From Camelus dromedarius (taxonomy: Eukaryota), in contig NC_087437.1 of NCBI RefSeq assembly GCF_036321535.1, positions 46,688,001 through 46,752,000 of the forward strand: a DNA stretch of 64,000 nucleotides, read 5' to 3'. Made by a program: the position numbers and the translations under genes. This document shows, piece after piece, positions 38,481 to 52,750 of the stretch (position 1 is its first letter; each line of letters opens with the position of its first letter). The notes beneath the pieces were generated by a model. It was not told where the DNA came from, did no database searches, and saw only the letters and a program-made list of their open reading frames with translations.

Positions 38481-40674
38481 TATGCAGTTTTTCTCATGAT
38501 CTCTCTGTCTGTCTCTTATTCTTTCTTCTTTTCCTAATTTTTTGCTCTCTTTTCTCTCTCATCTCTTCACATGAAAAGTAGAGCACTTTGTTTGATCTCG
38601 GTTTCTACCTTATTTCTCCTCTTCTCCGATACCTGTCAACAAAACAGAGGTTAGTAGTGGCAAAACCAGAAAAAAGATGTTTCCTTTTTTTTTTTGAAAA
38701 GTAGGAAGATGAAGTGGGAAAAGGGGAGGATTAGATATGCTTCTACATTTTTTTTCTTCTTCCTCTTTTGCACAAGGAGCTTGCAAGTCCATTTCAAAAG
38801 AGATAGTACTTAGACAGCAGGGGACACAGACGGGTGTGAGAAGATGGTGAAAAGCTGGATGATGAAAGAAGGGGAAGGAGACAAGAGCCAGAGAGACATG
38901 TGCCCCAGTTTATAATGCGTAACCCCAACAGAGCAGATGGGACGTTAACACCTGAAGCACATTTTGTGTTATGTGTAGCTTGTTTTTACATACAGTTCAT
39001 TTTTCCCGTGGCCAGGGCAGACCAACCTGACCAGTAGAGGAAAAAAAAGTAACATTGCAATTACAGTGTGAATGTCTTATTTCCATGCTCTTTTTTGACA
39101 GGATCTCCTGCTACACTCCGTGTCTCCCCATTCATCTTGTAGAGCCCCTACAAGTCACCTCATTTATTGGGTTCCCAGGCCCAGCCCTAACGGGTAGACA
39201 GTTTTCCTCTTCTGCTATGCGGGCACAGCCTTCAGTAGGTGATGTCTGCTGCCTCTGACTCCCTTTGAAAGTGCTACCATTACTATTCACACCATCTTCC
39301 GGCGCAGCTTGCCACAACAGTGCTGCGCCACGACGTTCGGAAGCTGTTCTGCTCAGCCAAAAAGACACTGCTGTGCCCCCAGTGTGCCACTTCTCTTGAT
39401 GTAGCAAGGACAGCCTGCATTTTCTGCTCATTTAGGAAGAATTTCTCTTCCTTACCTCTGTGTATTACTACTGTATGTGAGTCCAAATAACAGTTTATCC
39501 TATACTCTGAACTTCTTAAGAAAATAGTTCTTTCCACCTGACTTACAGTTTCTGTTCCCAGACAGGACTCCTTTACTCAGGCTCTGTGGATCATCGTTTT
39601 TTTTCCCTGAGGGTCCAGTTTGGGAGACTAGGCTGAGGGACAGATAACATCCTACACTCGCAGCAATCCCCTTCCAGGATACGGCCCTGGGAACGGGCCA
39701 CCCACAAGTGACCCAGTCCCTCTCTACATAGGAAGAGTTTGCTGCCAGAAGCACCTCAGCACCAAGGGCTCCCTTGCCCCTCCTTCCATTCATGCTCAGC
39801 CATTCCAGGTCATATTTAACTAAATTGTGTAAAAAGATGCATGCAATTCTCATTCTATCATGTGACATCCATTGCTACCATTAACTAATCCTTTTTGTTT
39901 TCTTGTAAAGTACTGAGTTAACAGATGATTTATTGTGTGCTTTGGAGATACTTGGCTTCGGTGAACTCTAAATGACAACTGTAGACAATATTCTGGTTAC
40001 ACTGGGTAAATAGTGCCTATTAAAGTATGGTGCTCTCAGCTTTTTCCTTCCTTCTTTTCCTCTTCTCTTCCCGCTTCCCTTCCTTCTTACTTGTTTCTTC
40101 CCCAAATAAATCCTTTGTTGAAGGCAGCAGAATTCCACATTAGCCTTGTCAGCCATATAAATGGTTAACATGGTTGTCTCAATATGGAGTCATCTACCAC
40201 CCTGTGAGTCACATTTCCCTTGGCTGGTGATGGATAACTCCCAGATGCTAGAATCTGTGGGTCATCACTGTTGTCCACGGTAATGTCAAAGGAAGGCAGT
40301 GTTGCTTCTGAGGTTGGACTTCAACCTCTATGATCTGTTTCTCAGTCTTTTTCATTATCATGCTCCTCTTCCTGCCCTTCACCCTACCAGGAGACTTTTT
40401 AGTTTTTTTTTCTTTTTTCCTCCTAATTACCTCCTCCATCCCCTGTGATATTTTAATACCACCGATATACTGTTTATCTGTTTATATACCATGGCCATCT
40501 GACTACTATAATAACTAAGGTTTTTCACTCCCCCACCCACCAGGAACTGATTTTTACCATTGGGGTGATAGCAATCCCCATGTAGAATCCATGCTCTATG
40601 AAAAGAATGGCATGAGTGCTGGGCAGCTCTGATAATGCTGAGTATCTTTTTTTTTTCTCTTTTGGAGGAATGAG

Positions 40675-40865
40675 GTTTGATATAACAGAATGATTAGAGA
40701 CTTGAGAGTTAGGGAGATAGGAGTTCTGGTTTTGCCATTACCAGCTGTGTGATCTTAGGAGTCTCTGAGCTTTATTTCATAAAAAGTAAAATGTAGGAAA
40801 GTATACTTTGTTCATAGGATTGTTTGGGGATTACATTTTAAATTCTCTATGCAATGCTTTTCAAG
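40675..40865 (+). mobile_element. MIR
   Basis: 'ttgccattaccagctgtgtgatcttagg..tctctgagcttt..aggattgtttggggatta'. Confidence 0.7.
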
Positions 40866-41359
40866 TAAGTTTAATTCCCCAGTAATTATTTTAGGTTATA
40901 TTGGTCAACTCATCAATTTATTGAGGCTAATTACCCTCCATTTTCTTGGAATCATAATTCTTTCTGGGTTATTTCACACACTGTCTCTTATGTCCATCTC
41001 CATAAAATACTGCAACTTATACAGACCTTCTTAGAACAGGTTCATTTTCCCTTCTGGAAGGGAAAACAGTTTACGTTTACAGCTCTCCCAACCCAGGTCA
41101 CATCAGGTAGGAAGTCAAACAGAACACAGGTATGTTAAGGAAACAATTCCAAAGATATTCATATTTCCTGGGTCTCAAATTGAACAATAACTTTTTGGGT
41201 CTCCACTGGACATTTTGGAGCTTGCTCAGTAAAATTCACTTTTTATACTTCAAATAGCTATTTATAGTATGTTTTTATACTTCAAATAAGTATTTGAAGT
41301 AACTATTCACCAGAGGTTCTTGGGAACTTTCTTTTAAACCTACATTTAAACCTTCTTAA

Positions 41360-41527
41360 TCCTTGCTACTCAAACTGTGATCCACAGATCAGCAGCTCCA
41401 GTGTCCCCTGGGAGCTTGTTAGAAATGTAGAATCTCAAGTCATAGCCAAGAACTACTGAAACAGGATCTTTACTTCAGTCAGATTCCCAGCTGATCTGTA
41501 TGCACAGCAAAGTTTGAGAAACATTTT
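41360..41527. mobile_element. MER5A
   Basis: 'ctactcaaactgtg..cagcagc..ctgggagcttgttagaaatgtagaatctca..aaagtttgagaaac'. Confidence 0.88.
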
Positions 41528-41714
41528 GCATGATCACTTTTCTTCCTCTAACTTCATCCAATGGTTATTCATGTTTTAATAACCCGTAATGAATGCTACT
41601 TGCAAATATTGTTTTTACCTAGTCATACCAATTAACACCATTAACTACGTAATACTGCTAACTGAGTGCTAAACTCAGCCTTCTTCAGTAAATATGTTAT
41701 TCACTGACCACACC

Positions 41715-41905
41715 CATAGAGTAATTCTAAACATTAGTATGCTTACGACCCACTGGGAAGCCTGCCAAAAATTCAGGAGATTGCTCACACAGATATTAGA
41801 TACATTAGATCTAAAATGATGTTCAAGGATCTGAATTTTCCGCACTGACTTAAGATTTTCCTTCTGCAAGTGGTCCATGGGCCACGGTTTATGAAAAATG
41901 GTCTT
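41715..41905. mobile_element. MER5-type MITE (diverged)
   Basis: 'ttctaaacattagtatgc..gatctgaatttt..aagtggtccatgggccacggtttatgaaaa'. Confidence 0.55.
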
Positions 41906-44845
41906 ATACTATAACATTTTTTAAAGTACCTTGCCTTTTCCTATCCCTTTAATCATGCTAATTGATAGGAGTTTCTGGCCACTAGTATAGAGGTCTACAT
42001 TAAATGTGCAGAAAGGCCAGGCAACAGACACAGAATCAGCCTTTGTAGAACACTTCCTGGTCTCACTCTGATGTTCTTTTTATCCTCTCTGTTTGATGTT
42101 ATAACTCTGCTCTGGAAAAGAACATGTGAGAGTGGCTGAGGCTGCAGAAAATGTACTGCAGTACTTATTAATGAAGGGGAGCTGTTTCCATCACTTACTC
42201 CCTCTGTGCTCAATAAGAACTGCAAAGATCACTGATATTTATTATAATATTTAAACTATTTTTATAGTTGTGAGGGAAAGGAGGAGGGGAAAGTTTAAAA
42301 AATCAGATATGTCACGATGCTTGGAGGAGAATTTTAAAGTAATTCTTAACCTAGTAGTATATACTATTTTGTATATGTTGGGCTGTAAATAGTTAATTCA
42401 CAGCCATAGCACACTGCGTATTTTTTCCACCAGAATTAAGGTAACTGGTAAAATGCATTCAAAGTCTTTCAAAAGTTGACGTGCAAAGAAGACAAGACAT
42501 TAATAGAAGTACAGTGTGCAGTTTTAAAGATAGCAGATAGTCTTTCTCATCTTCCTTCAGAAACAGAAGATGAATAATCACGACCTTACACAAAAGTCTC
42601 TTTCAGAAAGACTAAATGTATTTAGGAACGGCTGTTACTTAGAGATGGAAAAGAAATAAAGTAGCAAAAGTTGGTAGCACATATTATATGAAAGGATTAA
42701 ATAACCTTCTGTATATTTATGCTATATAAAAGACTTTTGTGTTCAATAGGAAGGCTCAATCAGGTAAGAAAACCAGGGCCAGCGGGGATATCTGCCATTG
42801 AACCATGTTGGAATTGCCTCCTGGGGGCAGGTAGCGCAAATCTGACTTGAGCTACTAGAGCTATCTTTGGCGATTCCTGTTGAAGAACAGGATCTTCTTC
42901 AACACTAGACAATCAGAAATGGAAATGAGAATGATTTTTTAGTATTTATTTATCTATATATCTGGAGGAAACGCAAGTAACTTTAAGGTCCCTTCTCCAT
43001 TTAAATCCAATTTGATTCACAAGACTCTACGGGGGCGTTTCTGGAAGCTATTTTACAAGTAACGTGTTAGCAAATAATGAAGGTAGGATGACCCTGCAGG
43101 AAGAAGTGTAGGGCAGAGTCAGAAAGCTGGAGTCATGAGGAAGCAGACAGGCTATTTAAGGATAGATCTAGAAAGGAGACTATAAGCCCTGAGAAAGGAT
43201 TTTTCTCATCATGAGTTGTTAATACAAAACAGGTAAAAATGTATTCTGCATCATCCAAGTTCCCAGGATCTGTCCTCATCAGGAAAGCATGCTTACATTT
43301 TCTATAAAGAGGTGGTTATTAAAAGTAAGATTATCAACAGCACAGCCAAGGGACTACAGCCGATTTCCCTAATCCTTATAATGTGATTGGTAAAAATCAC
43401 ATGGGGTCCCTGGAAAGTGACTAGATTGACATTTTCTCTGGTGCAGCTTTGTTAGAGATTTTGACTCAGCTTTAAACAAGTTGTGTTTTCTTTTGGCTAG
43501 GCAGAGAGACAGTGTTTCTGTTTATTTTCCAAGGTACATGTTTTTCCTTGTCCACATCTGGTCTCACACAGAACGATTACTCACATTAGCTTTTTGGATT
43601 TTTAAGACATTATGATTTACACCTTTCAAGTAACTCTTTGCGGCATCAGCTATGTTTACCGCTAGACTGAGAGCTTTAGAGTGAGTGTTTTCAAGGCCTC
43701 TCAGCTGCCCTTGCATCCTAGTTATCAGAGGTGCCGAATGGACCCCAGTGGATTGTACTGACCCGGCTTTATTCAAACTCTTGGGATGAGAGAGCTCCCT
43801 GAACACACCAGGGTCACACCAGTTACAGATACGAACATCTGCTGAATAAAGCAAAAAATATATATGTAAGGTGCCTGGATAAAAGAAGTTAAAGTTAGAT
43901 TTTTAGTTGATAGGTTTTGCTTAGAAGGCTTTTAGAATTAAAGCAACCTACTGGGTGAATTTAAAAATAAAAGTAAGACAAAATTGGGTAGTATTCAAAA
44001 GGAAACAGAGCACTGAAATTCAGATTCATAGATAAATTTAGAACTTTGCTAATTATTATATAGGAAATAGCTCTACAAAAAAAGTATAGAGTTTCTCCTA
44101 CAGTTATTAGCATTTTTCCAAAATCAGAGGCAAGGAACTCTTTGACTTTCAAGAGGGAGAATTGCTTAGGGAGGTGGGTGCAATGGGGCCTGTGGGAAAT
44201 AGTAACACATCTTTTCTAACGGGGGTGAGATGGCTCTGGGATATCCATCGATACTTAGGTATCAGTGCATTACAGGGAGTACTTTAAGGCAGAGACTTGT
44301 TGGAATGTGCAACAGGCTCACCCTAAAGTATGAGACCTACAGGTGAGGGTGTTTAAAGTTTTGTGAGAGAAAAGAGAAGTCAAGCTAAGGTCAGTATAAA
44401 CCACTAAGGCTATAGGAGGGCCCATGGCCAGAAAAGAAATTGAGAATGAAGACGCTATTACAAAATAAGCTTCATTGCAAGGCTATAGAGCACCATTAAT
44501 GTATGCAAATGCTATTAAATGCATGGAGGGTTTTGTATAATAACAAATATTGCATGGCGTTATTTAAATCTGATATTATTCCCCACATTTACTTGGTAGT
44601 TTTCTGAAGGGAGGCTCAGCAGTACGAGGTTAACACAGTCCTCAGCAAGCTGGAGCCGTTGAAAATAATAGTTGGTACCTTCCATTCAAATTAAGGGATC
44701 AGGCAGAGCCCCAGGATGCTTTCCTGGGAAGCGGCTGCGAAGCATAAGCCTTATCTATGAGGACCCTGTATGGAGACAGGAAACACGGGTACTCCTCTGT
44801 GCTGTCCTTGATGCCGCCCTCGAGCAATGATGGCATGCAGTTCTT

Positions 44846-44888
44846 GTTGTGTTGTGTTGTGTTGTGTTGTGTTGTGTTGTGTTGTGTT
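44846..44888 (+). repeat. (GTTGT)8 pentanucleotide microsatellite
   Basis: Eight perfect units seen directly. Confidence 0.97.
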
Positions 44889-45824
44889 TGGCAATGAGTT
44901 TTGTGTGTGCATGCCCTGAGACGGATCAGTATAATGGTTTCTGGTCAATGCTCATTGAAGTCTTAGTGTAATATCCTTTAAAACATTCTTTGTGTCCCTC
45001 CCACTCCTCCCTCAAAAAGCCAAAATGGGGAGAATATAAATTAACAAAAGGAAAATAAATTAGAGTAGCAAATGTAAAAGCAAGACAAACTCCAAATGAG
45101 AATAAGTTTCTGGACAGGGAAAAAAAAAAGCCAAATGAATAACAGTGGGAGCATTATGTACCTAATTAAACATGATATTTAAATTTGGGGCAGTGGGTTA
45201 CATTGGAACACTGACATTTGGCAAGAGGAATTCGTTTGCATGAAGAAATCAGGGTTGTCATCCAGCGCTGTTGTCGCTTTAGTAAGTCTTTAAATTCCCA
45301 TCTTTTCCCTCTGTACTTTTCCATCACATGCAGCACATTATAACCAGATCAGTGGGGCAGCCAAGAGAGCAGAATTTCTATTTCAAAATGAACGTTGATA
45401 GTTGATAGCCTAGCAGCATAATGAACCACGTTGCTGGGGGAGAGTCCAAGTTTGTACAGATTGTTCGCGTCTAAACAGTGACCCTCCCAAGCCTGAAGAT
45501 TTCCTCAGTAATCCCAGATGGCCGGTGCCGTGGGAGGCCTCGTGAATCAGCCCTCCCTGGGCTGCTGCTGGGAAGGTGGAGAGGCCACCGCGCCGGCTTT
45601 CCTGTGACAGTGAGGGAGGCCCTGTACACCCCACTCAGGGACACATGATTCCACCCACTGTGACGTCGGGCACATTCAATCCACATTTTCCTCTCATTAA
45701 CTTTCGTAAGCCATATCCACGTTTTCAAATTAAGCGTGTTGCCTTCGCACAGATAATCTGTGTTTTCTGCACCATGGAGACGGCAGGGGTGAGACATACT
45801 GTTGTTGAGGGGGAAATGCCTGGC

Positions 45825-46070
45825 AATGACATAGCTTATGTTTATTAAGTGCTTTCTGTGAGCAAAGCATTAGGCTAAGCGCCTTTCATGCATTATGTCA
45901 TTTAATCACAACGGAATTCTAATGAGTTAAATACTATTACAACCTTCACATTAACGAAAAGGACACTGAGGTTTATAAAGCTTAAATAACTTGCCCAAGT
46001 AGCAGAGCTGAGATTTGAACCCAAAACTTGTCTGATGCCAAATCCCCTGCTTTTAACCACAGTGTATTAA
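45825..46070 (-). mobile_element. MIR
   Basis: 'tttattaagtgct..tcatttaatc..cactgagg..aataacttgcccaag..agctgagatttgaaccca'. Confidence 0.88.
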
Positions 46071-48674
46071 CTTTCCTTCAAAATATCTAGGAGCAAGAAA
46101 GACCTAAAATTTGTTGCTAAGGTCTCTCTGGCAATACTTGAATGTCTCTTGTTACTATAACATGCTTCTTTTAGAATTCAGTGAAGTATGAGTCATCTGG
46201 TAGAACATTCTGTTCTCATACAGACTGGGGAGGAATGTGAGCAGTCACGTGGACGGTTCCTTGCCTCTCAGCGTTTGATCCACATTTTCAATGCCATCTT
46301 CCCTGCGTAACCTTTTCCAGGAAACCCTCCCCCTCAAAGTCAGTATTAAGCACTCTCTCCTGCGCAGTCCCCACCATACGTTAAGCCTAGTGTTTCCTCT
46401 CTTCTCCGCACTTCTTTGAGGTTTCTAGAGGGCGAAGTCTGTATCTTGTTTGTAGCTTTATCTCCAAAGCACAGCTCCAGGGCAAGGAGAGATTGTAGAA
46501 CTGAGTTAAATCTCGTTTAAAACATACTGCTTCTATTTCATATATTTAGATGTTTTTATTTACACTTTAAAAGTGCCTAAGAAATGAGAGGAAAGAACAA
46601 AGGCCAAGTCAGTTGATTTATTTGTATAAACTAATACTAGCCCTGACCAGGTGCGTCTACCCAGGTCAGTCATTTGTCACGTGGGCCCCAGGGGAGAGCC
46701 CTCCGATGACTCTGTTGGGATTCACAGTCGTGTAGAGCTACCACTGGCACAGGGCTTGCCACTGCCAACAGGCCAGCACCTCCCCTCTCACATTTGCCAC
46801 AGTGAATTCAAGCAGTCGTTCAAACAGCGTCGTTTGACAGAGTCGTTTGTATACTGAACAGTGTAACAGTAAGTTGGACAGGGATCGGAAGACTAGGGGG
46901 GTGGTTTCAGGAGAGGGAAGTTACAAAGATAAACATAACGGCAAAAGTCCCCGTTTTCAAAGAAGTCATTTTCTATTAGAGAAAACATGCAGAATTTTGT
47001 TCCCACCTATATTTAGCATTTATTTTGTTCTGACTTATCACAAAAGCAATTTTTATTTGCATAACACTTGACAGTTTATGAAGCACGATCACACTCATTT
47101 ATTGTTTCATTTTGTGTTCAAGACAGGCCCCCAACCAGCGTCCTGCTGGTGCTGAAGATGGAACACACTGTTGCTTCCTGAATCCCATCTCTGGGAATTA
47201 GAGACCACCAGCGGAAGGTCGTGCTAATTTAAGATCACGCTGATGCCACAGAGAAGAGGCTGAGCTTTTGTTAGAGACATTAAAGGAGCACGTCCTAGGC
47301 TAGACTTCTATATTGTAATAAATCAGTCACTGGTTCCATTTTTAGCTCTTAGTCTAAGGGAAAAAAAAATTTCTTACTTTAAAAAACAGGGATATATTAA
47401 CCATACCAACTCTTTCATGCTCGATCACAACTTCTCATTGTGATTCTGTCTTCCTGTTGAGATGCTGCACCACAGGCCATTTCTGCACAATTGTAGCCAG
47501 CTGTCATCAATAAAGTCAAGAAAACAGGGCAGAAGATTTTTACAGTGATTGTTGTTTCGTTTTATCTTCAAGAAAGCAAAGCAGAAGGCAAAGAACTCTG
47601 ACAACCAGAAAAAAAGCTCTTACAGATAAATGGCATGTTTACATCCATTTTTTTCCCCTATCATAATAAACCCAAATCAGTTTCCTTCTAATTGATAAAC
47701 GTTGATTGTATTTGAGAGAATGACACATGGCTTCAAGGATCAGTTGAGTCAATTTTATTAAGGCCCAAAGGGGTGATAGAAGATTAACGTTTGCCTTCTT
47801 GGGACTGGCTGAGCCACCCTCTTCCCAAGAAGGAAGCACGATATAACTCATGCAGCTGAGACAGTAAAGATGAGTTCCTCAACCGGTTGGACCCTGAGGG
47901 TCACACACCCCAGGGACAGCACTGTCAATGCAACCGTATCTCACCGAATACTAATGCAGCCATAAATTTGAGGAAGCTCCAGGCGCGATCATTTCTTTTT
48001 TGAAATGGCAACTGATTCACCCACCTTGGGAAAAAATAGATTTTGGAAGAAAGTCAGAAAGTTAAGGCGTATATTTGCTTGCTCAACAATGTATTCTCCT
48101 CCAACGTAGAAATGACCCAGCAGTACAATTAGCACCAAAATATTCCCCACCACACAAGTCCCAGGAAAGAAGTAAAAATACTGACAAAGGAAACGTGCTT
48201 CATCACCTTTTAGCAAAAGAGGAACAGCTAAAAGTGAGTATCCAGGCTCTTGATTGGGTTATTTCCACTTTCCAAGTCCAAAGAAACTAAAAGACTATGA
48301 AATGCTATCACTGGAACAGGTAGGTAGACAGCTTGGATATACAGCTCCTAAAGTATCCGTTGAAAATCAATAATTAAATTATTTCCATTTTAAAACATCA
48401 CTTCCTATAGGAGGAATAACATTCGGAGGAGGATGACCTTTTCTTTCTCATTAGGTGCAGAGAAAATAAGCTGACAGAGCATGAGCTATTTAGAGGAGAC
48501 TAGGCATACCTTCCTGAGGAGGGGAGAACATTAAATGACTGGGAAAAAATTTCTCTCATAGTCTTGGAAAATGGGGTATATTTTCTGTTAGAATGGATCT
48601 AATTGCAGTTCTGATTAGGTAGGGACAAAGAAGTTTGTTTTGTTTTTTTTTAAAGAATATTTTATCCCCATAAC

Positions 48675-49955
48675 TCTTTTTAAAATTAATTTTTGAGGTA
48701 ATTATGAATTCACATGCAGTTATAAGAAATAATGCAGAGGTACCACCTTTACCCAAAGTCCCCCAAAGGTAAGTAACATCTTGTAAAACCACACTCCAGT
48801 GTCACTACCAGGATCTTATGTTGATACAGTCAAGGTATAGAACAGCCCATCACCACAAGGATCCCCTCCCTTGTACTTTTATAGCCACATTTGCCTTTTC
48901 TTCTCTCCCTGTCCCTCACCCCTGGCAACCACTAGTTTCTTTTCCATTTCTAAGATTTTTTTATTTCAAAAGTGTTGAATCATACACTATGTAGCTTTTT
49001 GATATTGATGTTTTTCACTCAGTGGATTTCCTGGAGATTCATCCCAGTTGACGTGTGTATCCATCACATGTTCCTTTTTCTTGCTGAGGAATCTTCTGTG
49101 GTGTGGCTGTGACACAGTTTGTGTTCACCATTGAAGGACATCTGGATTGTTTACAGCTCTTGGCTACTATGAATAATGCTGTTACGAGCCTTCATGTACA
49201 GGTTTTCACATGAATGTAAGTTTTCCTTTCTCAGGGGAAAAATGTCCAGGAGAGCAATTGTTGAGTTGTATAGTGGTTGGGCATTTAGTTTTATAAAAAA
49301 CTGCCAAAATGTTTTCCAAGGTGACTGTACCATTTCACATTTTCACCTGCATTTATTGCTGTCATTCTTTTTTATTTCAGCCATTCTGATTGGTGTTTAT
49401 TGGTATCTCATTGGGGTTTTAGTCTGCATTTCCCTAATGGCTAATGTGGTTGAGTATACTTTTTGCTTCTGTGTGTGGCCTCTGGTGAAATGTTTATTCA
49501 TGTCTTTTGCCTATTTTCTGATTGGACTGTTTGGTTTTTTTTTTTAACTGCTGAGTTTTTAGAGTTCTTTAATATATTTAGTTAGTAATCCTCTGTCAGA
49601 TATGTAATTTGAAAATATTTTTTCCCGGGGGAGTAGCCTGTCTTTTCATTCTCTTAACAGAGTCTTTGGAATTCAAATATTTTAAATTTTGTTGTGATTC
49701 AAATGATCAGTTTTTCCTTTTATGGTTCATGTCTTTGAACATTTTGTTTAGCTCTTGATCCTGAAGATTTTCTTATTTTTTTCCTGAAAGTGTTTTTATA
49801 GTGTAAGATTTTACGTTTAAGTCCACGATACATTTTGAGTTAATTTTTTTATAAGGCGGCAGTTCATTTTTTGCCAAAGAATATTGAATTGTTCTAGAAC
49901 CATTTGCTGAAAAACTATTTTTCCCTTTTTTGAGTTACTTTTGTAACTTTGAATG
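48675..49955 (-). mobile_element. L1M (MB/MC-type) 3' portion
   Basis: 'attcacatgcagttataagaaataatgcagag', 'cccctggcaaccact', 'actgccaaaatgttttccaa', 'accatttgctgaaaa'. Confidence 0.9.
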
Positions 49956-50014
49956 ATCATATCTTTTAATACCTAAGAAGACACAAATTTAACTAAATTT
50001 TCTTACACTTAAGA

Positions 50015-50295
50015 AAAGCAATTGTTCATGTGTAGAGTGCTAATTCTGTGTGTGGGCATTGTTCTCCGCTCTTTATGTATCTTTACTCATTTACTAGTCT
50101 CCATAACTTGTAACTCATTTAATTGCCTTAATAACTCGTTGAGGTGGGCAATATTGTTCCCATTTTACAGATTAGGAGCTTGAAACATTGCCAGGTTAAA
50201 TGATTTGCTCAAAATCACAAAGCTATTAAGTTGGCAGCTAGAATTTGAACCAGGAAATGTACCCCCAGAGATTGGGCTCTTAACCTTTGTGAGAA
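50015..50295 (-). mobile_element. MIR
   Basis: 'cccattttacagattagg..ggttaaatgatttgctcaaaatcaca..gaatttgaaccagg'. Confidence 0.85.
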
Positions 50296-52129
50296 CTGTG
50301 TTGTTTACAGTGTGCCGATGTTTAGCAAAATAGCGAACATTTTGCCATTTTCCTCACTATTATCCCAAGGCATTTCACCCCGTGTAGGAATGACTCTCTC
50401 CACACATCCCCGCTTTCAGGTTTCATGTTTTTGATGTATTATTCATATTAAAACCCTCATATCCATGAAAGTACAGCTTAAGAATCAAAGAGCTTTCAAT
50501 TATTTTAAAAATTTGGAGTCTGTTTCACAAGCTGAAGCTCTCAGTGTTGACACCTTGACCTTCCTGTTACCTGCCAACCAACTCTTTTCCATAGAAAAGG
50601 AAAAGGGCTAAAAACACTTAATGAATCCACCGGGGAATCCCAGTGCTGTTGCCATTAGCCAGTAACTCGGGACTGGTTACTAGAATCAACTCTTTTTTTT
50701 TTTCCTAACATTTGTTCTTTCACGTCTGTTTCCTGGTTTCTTAGGATAAACACAGCGAGTATTCATGAAAAATGAAGGCAGTGTGGAAGGAAGTGTTAGC
50801 AATGCTGTCAGGGAAAAATGAAAGGAAAATGGCAATGCAGAATTTCCAACGTGGTAAATATTTTGTTCCAAATGCAGGAAGGAAAATGGGATTTTAAAAG
50901 ATAAACAGTGACAGATTATTAAAAACGTAGACTCTTTGTAAAAAACAAAATACCTTATTTTATTACAAGGGCAGTTTGGAATCTTTATTTCAAAAACTAT
51001 TTCTGAACTTACATAATCTGACACAGATGAAAGCCAGCAATTCCTTCTCAAATGTGAAAATAAACTGACGTGGGTTACAGGGAAACTGTTAAACTGACTT
51101 TGAAGAATTCCTAATTATTCTATTCATCTATTAAGTGGTAATTTCTTGGGTTTTCCTCTCAAGTGAGAGGCACTGTCCTAAGAACGGTGCTTGTAGTATT
51201 TTGCCTTATTGAGAACAGGAAAATGGGATAAAATCCTGCTGGAATGTTTCTGAAGTCTCAATAAGAAAACTACATGGTATGATCTTAAAGTCCCAGGATG
51301 TTTTAAAGCTGTCATCTTGATTTTCAAAATGTCTCCGAACTAGGTTTCCAAACCTCCCGAAATATTTCTGTCACTAAAATTGGATAGATTGTGCCTGTTA
51401 CGTATCTGGGAGATTGTTTAGAAATTGCAGGGTACTATGTCTGCAATTGATGAAGCTGCCAACAGCAGAGGTGATAGGATTTATGGAATATAAACCACAT
51501 AATTAGGTTCTTCTGAATTCACAGGTAAGTGATATAAAATAGATCGCTCTGCAATCTTGAATCTACTTCCTTCTCCTCCTCTCCTCCCCCTCCCCCACAC
51601 TCTTGGTCGTTCTTCTACTCTTCTTTGTTCCTTGTCACCTTCCATACGTGAAGAATTCATGCCACATGTTAAAATAATACTAATATTTAATTAAATTTTA
51701 ATTTATCTTTATTTATGTAAGAGAAATTTGGGATTACAAGTCCATTTTATGTAACGGTCCTTGATGAAGCAGAAAGACAGAGTGAACAGGAGTCAGAACT
51801 GTAAAGAAGCAGTCAGACCTGTTCTTGTTGGTTTAGGCTGAAGGAAATCTGGGGCATTAGGAAAAGGCCAGCTTTTTAAAAAAAAAATTAACTTTCTCTC
51901 TGCTTTCCTTTTCTTCCTATAGGAAAGCTCAATATTGCAGCAAGACATTTAACTGTGTAGGTAATTTGTGTTTCAAATTTCATTATAAAAATCTAAAAGG
52001 GCAAAAGTAAAATAGAGTATAGTACATGGAATCATCAATGTCTCTGAGAGACTCAGTGGTGAGACAACTCCAAGAAAAAGAGGAATTCAGAAAACTTGCC
52101 CTTTTTTAATGACCACATACAATTTATGA

Positions 52130-52750
52130 CTTTCCAAATGGCCTACTTGCTTTGGTAAAGTCTATTCTTTACAAGATTTCTGAGTGATCCTCTTAAGATG
52201 TAAACCAGATCATGTCAACTCAAAACCCTCCAATGGCTTTCATTCTCACTCGGAATAAAACCCAGAGTCCTTTCAGTGGCCTTGCAAGATCCCATACAGT
52301 GTGTATCTTGTGTCCTTCTGATCTTCCTTTCTCTCCTTCGCATCTCCAAATTCGTTCCTCCATCTGCCTGGACTGTTTCTCCCCAAGATGTCCCTGTGGC
52401 TTGCTCTCTCATCTCCGTCAGGGCCTTGCTCAGCTGTCCCTTTCTCAGGGAGACTTTCCTAGGCTGTTTTACACAACCATCCTCTTCCTTGACTCCTACC
52501 ATTTCTCATTTCCCTTGGCCTTATTTTTCTCCTTAGTACTTTTCAAAATTTTACATTAAATGTATTACATATTTCTCGTTTTCAGTTGTTTGTGTTGCTT
52601 TATCTTTTCTATTCCGTCCTAAAATATAAGTCCCAGAAGTGTAGGAATTTCTGGCTTATTAGTTAAGTAGTACTTTTAAACATATAAACAGATTCTGGCA
52701 CATAACACGGTCTTAGTAGATATTTGTTGATAAATGCTTAATAGATAAAC
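52130..52750 (+). mobile_element. L2 3' region
   Basis: 'cagatcatgtcaactcaaaaccctccaatggct', end 'ctggcacataa..tatttgttgataaatg'. Confidence 0.85.

Noticed and set aside
49176..49547. 123-aa hydrophobic ORF and similar ORFs (11512-11883, 35856-36212, 52212-52559, 32619-32999)
   Set aside because: They lie within antisense L1, L2 or LTR repeats; spurious
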